Shown here in pieces: positions 6,804 through 12,625 of a stretch of 12,625 nt of DNA (within the stretch, counting starts at the first letter, position 1; each line of letters starts with the position of its first letter). The stretch spans positions 1 to 12,625 of the forward strand of contig JBIOTN010000065.1 in NCBI GenBank assembly GCA_044866005.1. The letters are read 5' to 3'. A program made the position numbers and the translations under genes. Source of the stretch: Candidatus Rokuibacteriota bacterium. Its GTDB lineage: Bacteria > Methylomirabilota > Methylomirabilia > Rokubacteriales > DASRDR01. A model generated the notes under the pieces. The model did not search any database, was not told where the DNA came from, and was given only the letters and a program-made list of their open reading frames with translations.

Positions 6804-9049
6804 CGCGGACGGTATCCCGGGGGCGAACGGTCGCCATCGACCGGACGGGGCTCGCCTGGGGCGCCCTCGCCGTCCTCGCCGCGCTCGCGGGCCCCTGGAG
6901 CCGGCCGGGGCGCGAGATCCTCGCGTGGTCGCCGGACGCCGCAGGCTACCGGCTCCTCGCCGAGGCCGGCGGCCCCGCGTGGGCGATCGCGCTCGTGGCG
7001 GGCGTGGGGGCCGGGGCCGCGCTCGTCGGGCTCGGCCGGTGGCCGGCGCGGCGGGCCGGGCTTGCCTGGACCGGGCTCGGCCTGGGCGGCGCGGCCGCCG
7101 CCGCCGGACTCCTCCTGGGTCGCGGCCAGCCGTTCGGCCTGGGCGCCGTCGTCGCCATCCTCGCGTGTCTCGCCCTGCTCGGCCTGGGGCTCTCGCGCGC
7201 CGGCCTCCTGCAGACCGACGCCTTCCTGGCCGTCGCCATCCTGTGGGTCGCCGCCTTCGTCTGCGCGTTCATCCTCTACCCGCTGGCGGCCATGCTCCAG
7301 GCCGCGGTCGTCGTGGACGGACGCCTCACCCTGGCGGCCTTCCGCGAGACGTTCGCCTCCCCGGGCTTCCTGCTCGTCGAGAACCCGGCGACGCCCGAGC
7401 GGGAGTGGGGCCTCGTCCTCTGGCGCACGCTGGCGGCGACGGTCGCGGTCGGCGTGGCGACCGGCACGGGCCTGGCCGCCCGGGCCGGCTTCGCCGTGAG
7501 CGGGCGGGCGCGGCTCGGCTGGACCGCCGGCGCGGCGGGGGCCGCCCTGGTGCTCAACGTCCTCTGGATCGGGATCGGCGCTCTCCGCAACAGCGTCCTC
7601 CTCGCGCTCGTCGTGGGGACCGTGTCGACGGCGCTCGGCTTCGCCTTCGCGCTCCTCGGGGAGCGGAGCCGCCTGCCGGTCCGGCTCGCCGCGCGGCCGC
7701 TGACGCTGCTCCCGATCATCACGCCGCCGTTCGTCCTCGGCCTGGCCATGATCTACCTCTTCGGCCGGCGGGGCTTCGTCACGCACACGCTCCTCGGCCA
7801 GTCGGTCAACGTCGTCTTCGGGCCGGTCGGCGTGGCCGCGGCGCAGGTCCTCGCCTTCACCCCGATCGCCTACCTCGTCCTGACCGGGGTCGTCCGGGCG
7901 CTCAACGCGACGCTCGAGGAGGCCGCCGAGACGCTCGGGGCCTCGCGCTTCCACGTGCTCCGGACGGTGATCTGGCCGCTCGCCCGCCCCGGGATCGCCA
8001 ACGCCTGGCTCCTCGTGGTGATCGAGAGCCTCGCCGACTTCGGCAACCCGCTCATCCTCGGCGGCGGCGTCCCCTTCCTCGCGACCGAGGTCTTCTATGC
8101 CGTGAGCGGCCGGTTCAACCCGCACGAGGCGTCGGTCTACGGGGTCGTCCTCCTCGCCATGACGCTGGCCGTCTTCCTCGCCCAGCGCTACTGGGTCGGC
8201 CGCCGCTCGTACGTGACGGTGACGGGGAAGCCCACGGCCGCCTCGCAGCGCCCGCTCCCGGCCGCGTTCGACTACGGGGCGGCGGGCCTGTTCGCGCTCT
8301 GGGCGGCGGTCATCCTCGCCCTCTACGTGTCGATCTTCGTGGGGAGCCTGGTCAAGCTGTGGGGCTTCGACAACACGGTGACCCTGCAGAACTACCGCGA
8401 CCTGTCGCCCACCGGCTGGCAGGTCTTCCGGGGCACGGTGCGCCTCGCGGCGATCGCGGCGATCCCCTCGGCCGGGCTCGGCTTCCTGATCGGCTACCTC
8501 GTGAGCCGCGTGCGCTTCCCGGGCCGGGACGCGCTCGAGTTCGCCTCCATGCTCTCCTTCGCCGTGCCGGGGACGGTCATGGGGATCGGCTACGTCCTGG
8601 CCTTCAACGAGGGCGCGCTCTTCCTCACGGGCACCGAGGCGATCCTCGTCCTGGCCTTCGTCTTCCGGAACATGCCGGTCGGCATCCGGAGCGGGGTCGC
8701 CGCCGTCCACCAGATCGACGTGGCGCTGGAAGAGGCCTCCACCACCCTCCGCGCGGGGGCCTGGACGACGCTCCGCCGCGTCGTCGTGCCGCTCGCCCGG
8801 CTCGCGCTCATCTCGGGGCTGGTCTTCGCCTTCGTCCGCGCGATGACCGCGGTGAGCCAGGTGATCTTCCTCGTGACGCCGTCGCACAACCTCGCCACGG
8901 CCTTGATCCTCTCGTGGGTCGAGTACGGCACGATCGGCCGCGGGGCCGCCCTCTCGGCCGTCCTCGTCCTGTCGCTGGTGGCGGTGATCGGGGCGCTCTA
9001 CCTGTGGACCGCGCGGGTGGAGCCGGAGCGCGAGGTGGGCACGGTATGA
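6770..9049 (+). CDS. ABC transporter permease, FbpB/AfuB-like, with two fused TM domains; start uncertain
   Basis: Highly hydrophobic; two EAA loops (LEEAAETLGASRFHVLRTV, LEEASTTLRAGAWTTLRRV); PIITPPFV, ESLADFGNP, FAVPGTV. The only in-frame start upstream of the first TM segment is TTG 6770, with no SD. Confidence 0.9.
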   Translation: MTCSVLGPASDARTVSRGRTVAIDRTGLAWGALAVLAALAGPWSRPGREILAWSPDAAGYRLLAEAGGPAWAIALVAGVGAGAALVGLGRWPARRAGLAWTGLGLGGAAAAAGLLLGRGQPFGLGAVVAILACLALLGLGLSRAGLLQTDAFLAVAILWVAAFVCAFILYPLAAMLQAAVVVDGRLTLAAFRETFASPGFLLVENPATPEREWGLVLWRTLAATVAVGVATGTGLAARAGFAVSGRARLGWTAGAAGAALVLNVLWIGIGALRNSVLLALVVGTVSTALGFAFALLGERSRLPVRLAARPLTLLPIITPPFVLGLAMIYLFGRRGFVTHTLLGQSVNVVFGPVGVAAAQVLAFTPIAYLVLTGVVRALNATLEEAAETLGASRFHVLRTVIWPLARPGIANAWLLVVIESLADFGNPLILGGGVPFLATEVFYAVSGRFNPHEASVYGVVLLAMTLAVFLAQRYWVGRRSYVTVTGKPTAASQRPLPAAFDYGAAGLFALWAAVILALYVSIFVGSLVKLWGFDNTVTLQNYRDLSPTGWQVFRGTVRLAAIAAIPSAGLGFLIGYLVSRVRFPGRDALEFASMLSFAVPGTVMGIGYVLAFNEGALFLTGTEAILVLAFVFRNMPVGIRSGVAAVHQIDVALEEASTTLRAGAWTTLRRVVVPLARLALISGLVFAFVRAMTAVSQVIFLVTPSHNLATALILSWVEYGTIGRGAALSAVLVLSLVAVIGALYLWTARVEPEREVGTV

Positions 9050-10110
9050 GCGCCGGCGTCCCGGTGCGGCTCGAGCGCGTCGCCAAGCGCTTCGGCGCGA
9101 TCACGGCGCTGGAGGAGGTGACGCTCGCCGTCCCGCCCGGCACGCTGGTGACGCTGCTGGGCCCGTCGGGGTGCGGGAAGACCACGACGCTCCGGATCGT
9201 CGCGGGGCTCGAGCAGCCGACGAGCGGCCGGCTCTTCATCGGGGCGCGCGACGTCACGGGGCTCCCCCCGAGCGGCCGGAACGTCACCATGATGTTCCAG
9301 TCCTACGCGCTCTTCCCACACCTGTCGGTCTTCGAGAACGTGGCCTACGGTCTCCGGGTCCAGCGGCGGCCCGCCGCCGAGCTCCGCCGCCGCGTCGAGG
9401 CGGCCCTCGCCCTCGTCGGCCTGCCGGGCTTCGAGGGCCGGCAGCCCGGCCAGCTCTCGGGCGGCCAGCAGCAGCGGGTCGCGCTCGCGCGCGCCATCGT
9501 CATGGAGCCCGAGGTCCTCCTCTTCGACGAGCCCCTCTCGAACCTCGACGCGAAGCTCCGGAAGCGCGTCCGCGGGGAGCTCCGGCAGCTCCAGCGACGG
9601 CTCGGCATCACGAGCCTCTACGTCACCCACGACCAGGCCGAGGCCCTCGCCATGTCGGACACCGTGGTCGTGATGAACCTGGGGCGCGTCGAGCAGGTGG
9701 GCACGCCGGTCGAGCTCTACCGCCGCCCGGCGACCCGCTTCGTCGCCGACTTCGTGGGGGAGGCGAACCTCCTGCCGGCCGTCTACGACGGGGCGCGGGT
9801 CCGCGTCGGCGACCACGCCTTCGCCTTCATCCAGGCGGACGCGGCGGCCGGGCCCGTCACGCTGATGGCCCGGCCCGAGGCCGTGCGCCTCCGCAAGGAC
9901 GGCGACGGCCTGCGGGGTCGGATCGCGACCGCCTTCTACGTCGGCGCGGGCGCGGAGTACGCGGTGGAGACGAGCGCCGGCCTCGTGACGCTGGTCGAGC
10001 CCGACCCGCGGGGCGAGCTCTTGCCCGAGGGGAGCCCGGTCGCCCTCGCGTTCCTCGACCACGGGTGCTACCTCCTGCCGGCCGAGCCGGGGGAGCGAGG
10101 CGCGGGGTGA
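9046..10110 (+). CDS. ABC transporter ATP-binding protein, FbpC/PotA-like (354 aa)
   Basis: ATGA overlap with the permease stop; Walker A GPSGCGKTT, signature LSGGQQQR, Walker B LLFDEPLSNLD, YVTHDQ, C-terminal TOBE-like region. Confidence 0.96.
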   Translation: MSAGVPVRLERVAKRFGAITALEEVTLAVPPGTLVTLLGPSGCGKTTTLRIVAGLEQPTSGRLFIGARDVTGLPPSGRNVTMMFQSYALFPHLSVFENVAYGLRVQRRPAAELRRRVEAALALVGLPGFEGRQPGQLSGGQQQRVALARAIVMEPEVLLFDEPLSNLDAKLRKRVRGELRQLQRRLGITSLYVTHDQAEALAMSDTVVVMNLGRVEQVGTPVELYRRPATRFVADFVGEANLLPAVYDGARVRVGDHAFAFIQADAAAGPVTLMARPEAVRLRKDGDGLRGRIATAFYVGAGAEYAVETSAGLVTLVEPDPRGELLPEGSPVALAFLDHGCYLLPAEPGERGAG

Positions 10111-10865
10111 CGCGGCTCGCGGGGCGGGTCGCGATCGTGACGGGCGGGGCGAGCGGGCTCGGCCGCGGCATCGCGCGGGCGCTGGCCGGGGCCGGCGCGT
10201 CCGTCGCCATCGTGGACCTCAACGAGGCGGGGGCGCGCGAGGTGGCCGAGGCCATCCGCGGCGCGGGCGGCGAGGCGGTGGGGCTCCGGGCCGACGTGAC
10301 CGCGCGCGCCGACGTGGAGGCGGCGGTGGCCGAGGTCGTGCGGCGCTACGGCGGCGTCCACGTCCTCGTCAACAACGCCGGCTGGGACCGCCCGATGCCG
10401 TTCCTCGAGACCGACGAGGCCTTCTGGGACCGGATCCTCGCGCTCAACCTCAAGGCGCACTTCCACTGCGCCCAGGTGGTGCTCCCCCACATGATCCGCC
10501 AGGGCGGGGGGAAGATCGTCGCCATCGCCTCGGACGCCGGGCGCGTCGGCTCGACCGGCGAGGCGATCTACTCGGCGGCCAAGGGCGGCGTGATCGCCTT
10601 CACCAAGACGCTGGCCCGCGAGATGGCCCGGCACCGCGTCAACGTGAACTGCGTCTGCCCGGGGCCGTCGGAGACGCCGCTCTTCCAGGCCGAGTTCGTG
10701 GCGGGCCGGCCGGGGCTGGCCGACGCGCTCCGCAAGGCGATCCCCTGGGGCCGGCTCGGCACCCCGGACGATGTCGCCGGCGCGGTCGTCTTCCTGGCCT
10801 CGGACGCGGCCGAGTTCATCACGGGCCAGACCCTCTCCGTCTCCGGCGGCCTCACCATGGTCTGA
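10107..10865 (+). CDS. SDR-family oxidoreductase, BadH-like (2-hydroxycyclohexanecarboxyl-CoA dehydrogenase type), 252 aa
   Basis: GTGA overlap with the ATPase stop; TGGASGLG, VDLN, NNAGWD, ASDAGRVGSTGEAIYSAAKGG, CPGPSET, SVSGGLTM. Confidence 0.93.
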   Translation: MTRLAGRVAIVTGGASGLGRGIARALAGAGASVAIVDLNEAGAREVAEAIRGAGGEAVGLRADVTARADVEAAVAEVVRRYGGVHVLVNNAGWDRPMPFLETDEAFWDRILALNLKAHFHCAQVVLPHMIRQGGGKIVAIASDAGRVGSTGEAIYSAAKGGVIAFTKTLAREMARHRVNVNCVCPGPSETPLFQAEFVAGRPGLADALRKAIPWGRLGTPDDVAGAVVFLASDAAEFITGQTLSVSGGLTMV

Positions 10866-10909
10866 GCCCGGCGGCAGCCGTCGCTGGCCGATGCGATCCT
10901 CGCCTGCGC

Positions 10910-10956
10910 GGCGAACGCGCGCGGTGAGCAGCCGCGAGCGAGCGAATGCGAGCCGG
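10910..10956 (-). mobile_element. attC-like right arm (L'-R'); left arm missing
   Basis: Minus strand ...GGCTCGCATTCGCTCGCTCGCGGCT-GCTCACC-(GCGCGC, 6 nt)-GTTCGCC shows attC L'-6nt-GTT spacing just downstream of a stop codon. Confidence 0.5.
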
Positions 10957-10966
10957 CGGGCTGGAG

Positions 10967-11935
10967 TCACTCAATGACCTGGTCGGCGCGGACCTGCAGC
11001 GAGGGCGGAATGGCCAAGCCGAGAGCCTTGGCGGTCTTGAAGTTGATGGCCAACTCGAACTTGGTTGGCTGCTCGATGGGCAGATCAGCCGGGTTGGCAC
11101 CCTTGAAGATCTTATCGACGTATGTGGCGGCGCGTCGGTACAGGTCCGGGTAATCCGGCCCATAGGCCATAAGACCGCCTGCATGCACGAACTCCTTGAA
11201 TCCGTAGATCGTCGGGAGCCGATACTTCCTTGCAAGTTCGACGACCTGTCGCCGGTGAGACGTGAAAATCACGTCATCGAGCTGAATCACGCCGCTTGCG
11301 CCTCGCGCCTCCCTGAATACGCGTTCGAAATCGCCGGCGTTGCGGACCGCCAGGACTTGCAACTGGACTCCGCGGGCCCGCGCGGCAAGCTCGGCCTGCC
11401 TGATGTATTCGGCGTTGCCCGGATTGGTTGCGTGGGATAAGACCGCCACGCGAGAGAGCTTGTGAACGGCCTCCCCGAGCAATTCTAATCGCTTCCCCAT
11501 CAGATCAGAATGAATCCCGGCGAAACCTGTGACGTTTCCGCCCGGCCGTGCGAGACTGGCGGCCACTCCAGTGGCAACAGGATCAATGGAGGCTACGAAC
11601 ACGACTGGGATCGTCTTGGTGGCGCTCTTGGCCGCCGCGACCGGCGGCGTCCCCGACGCGAGAATTACATCAACTCTGAGATTCACCAGCCGGGCCGCAG
11701 CACTGGGAAGCTCGTCCGCACTGCTCGCCAAGGCATATTCAATGCTGATGTGCTGGCCCTCGACATACCCGAGATCGCGCAGCCCTTGCCGAAGGCCCTC
11801 GATGAAAGTCTCGGGAGGCGGACCGTTGCGCAGGAACCCAAGGCGATAGATTCTCGCCGGCTGCTGGGTTTCGGCGGTGCGTGGGACAGCCAGCGCCGCG
11901 ATCGCCCCGTACAGGAACGCGCGTCGACTCGCCAT
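10967..11935 (-). CDS. Orphan ABC substrate-binding protein, ABC_sub_bind (PF04392)-type (322 aa)
   Basis: MASRRAFL twin-arginine-like leader; GLRDLGYVEG, DPVATGVAASLARPGGNVTG, GGLMAYGPD, GANPADLPIEQPTKFELAINFKTAKALGL, RADQVIE. Many A/T-ending codons (e.g. ATT CAT TCT, CGA TTA GAA), unlike the flanking genes. Confidence 0.93.
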   Translation of the reverse strand: MASRRAFLYGAIAALAVPRTAETQQPARIYRLGFLRNGPPPETFIEGLRQGLRDLGYVEGQHISIEYALASSADELPSAAARLVNLRVDVILASGTPPVAAAKSATKTIPVVFVASIDPVATGVAASLARPGGNVTGFAGIHSDLMGKRLELLGEAVHKLSRVAVLSHATNPGNAEYIRQAELAARARGVQLQVLAVRNAGDFERVFREARGASGVIQLDDVIFTSHRRQVVELARKYRLPTIYGFKEFVHAGGLMAYGPDYPDLYRRAATYVDKIFKGANPADLPIEQPTKFELAINFKTAKALGLAIPPSLQVRADQVIE

Positions 11936-12013
11936 GGCGACGTCGTGGCGGAGAGGGGCATCCCGTGTCGTCCGCGCCGTGGGCATCTCGCACCCCTTCC
12001 CGCCGTACCGACC

Positions 12014-12041
12014 CAGCTGCCTCCAAGGTGATGTTCGGCGG
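12014..12041 (-). mobile_element. attC-like left arm (R''-L''), degenerate; right arm missing
   Basis: Minus strand GCCGAAC (12039-12033), 5 nt, CTTGGAGG, CAGCTG, about 33 nt after the stop of the 89-aa ORF. CCGCCGAAC is the exact 9-nt reverse complement of GTTCGGCGG at the cassette start (12398-12390). Confidence 0.55.
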
Positions 12042-12072
12042 CTGTCAGCACCCGTGGTTCGGCGCCCCACGG

Positions 12073-12342
12073 TCACCCGTTGTACGGCGCGTCGGAGCGG
12101 GGCGCATCAGGCAGCTGCTCGTCCAGAGACTGGCGGTACCGCAGACAGCCTCGGAGAAACTCCGGCCAGGTCGGGACCGTCGGCAGCGGATCGGTCTTCT
12201 CGGGTAGGAGACCCCACAGCGCCGGGTGGTGCCAGCAGAGCGAGTGTCCGGTACTGTCCCGGTGCGCCCGGATCGCCGCGCGCAACCGCCTCGCCTCGGC
12301 GATCAGCTGCTCGCGCGTCATCGCTTCGAGGTCCTCGTCCAC
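12073..12342 (-). CDS. Hypothetical protein (89 aa), probable integron cassette gene
   Basis: GGAGG, 4 nt, GTG; protein-like composition with an N-terminal amphipathic helix, HRDSTGHSLCWHHP and WPEFLRGCLRYR; bounded by complementary core sites. Confidence 0.8.
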   Translation of the reverse strand: MDEDLEAMTREQLIAEARRLRAAIRAHRDSTGHSLCWHHPALWGLLPEKTDPLPTVPTWPEFLRGCLRYRQSLDEQLPDAPRSDAPYNG

Positions 12343-12391
12343 TATACCTCCGCACCCAGCCGCGGCGAGCGGCGGGTGAAGCGTGTGGTCC

Positions 12392-12497
12392 GCCGAACGC
12401 CAGCGTTAACCCGCAAGCGGTCAACTCAACATGCGGAAACCAGGGCGACGCTCGCTAGTGCTGTCCAGGCGCTCAACTGCAATGCTTGCAGCGCTTG
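12392..12497 (-). mobile_element. attC-like site truncated by an IS insertion
   Basis: Minus strand CAAGCG (12497-12492)...CGCTTG-CG-GGTTAAC (L', 12411-12405)-GCTGGC (6 nt)-GTTCGGC (R', 12398-12392). R''/L'' are absent because the IS end occupies their place. Confidence 0.65.
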
Positions 12498-12625
12498 GGA
12501 TGTTGCTCCACTTTCGTGGACACCGTGGTTTACGTCGCCCAGCGCTCGAACGCAATGGGCGACACGTAGCCCAGCGCCGAGTGCAGTCGCGTCGCATTGT
12601 AGGAGCGGATGTACCCGGCGAGTGC
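12498..12625 (-). mobile_element. IS3-family insertion sequence, right end (partial)
   Basis: Terminal repeat-like GGATGTTGCTCCACTTTCGTGGACAC (12498-12523) with the IS3-type GTGGACAC core, 6 nt from the transposase stop. The exact terminus is uncertain by a few bases. Confidence 0.85.
12530..12625 (-). CDS. IS3-family transposase OrfB, C-terminal fragment
   Basis: Hand translation ALAGYIRSYNATRLHSALGYVSPIAFERWAT* matches the YN-x2-R-x-HS-x-LGY-x-SP integrase-core tail. Confidence 0.92.
   Translation of the reverse strand, partial: ALAGYIRSYNATRLHSALGYVSPIAFERWAT

Noticed and set aside
6925..10865. 1061-aa ATPase and 564-aa SDR fusion ORFs
   Set aside because: The upstream parts are Arg/Pro/Gly-rich off-frame readings; the true starts are the overlaps at 9046 and 10107.
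10946..11440. 164-aa antisense ORF that looks protein-like
   Set aside because: It is the codon-aligned antisense shadow of the PF04392-type gene, with no RBS or independent motif.
11936..12076. Longer start of the binding protein at 12076
   Set aside because: It runs through the attC-like arm; the signal peptide begins at ATG 11935.
1..12625. CRISPR array, tRNA or rRNA genes
   Set aside because: No regularly spaced repeats and no recognisable tRNA or rRNA sequence were seen by eye.

Overview
Very GC-rich bacterial DNA. The gene mix and repeats suggest Candidatus Rokubacteria/Methylomirabilota, but this is an inference. From left to right: (-) a form II CoxL-like molybdoenzyme large subunit, running off the window and missed by the ORF track; (-) a phd/vapC toxin-antitoxin pair with a leaderless, operator-overlapped promoter and a catalytic Asp-to-Asn change in the toxin; (+) tag (3-methyladenine glycosylase I); (+) a DUF222-HNH gene with a structured upstream region and an internal 16-bp palindrome; (+) a cysteine hydrolase, an Fe3+/AfuABC-type ABC transporter and a BadH-like SDR. 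The right end is a (-) accessory segment: an orphan PF04392-type binding protein, an 89-aa ORF and the end of an IS3-family element. That segment is punctuated by broken attC-like sites and looks like a decaying integron cassette array, with the IS apparently inserted inside one attC arm. All family calls come from motif recognition; no database searches were run.
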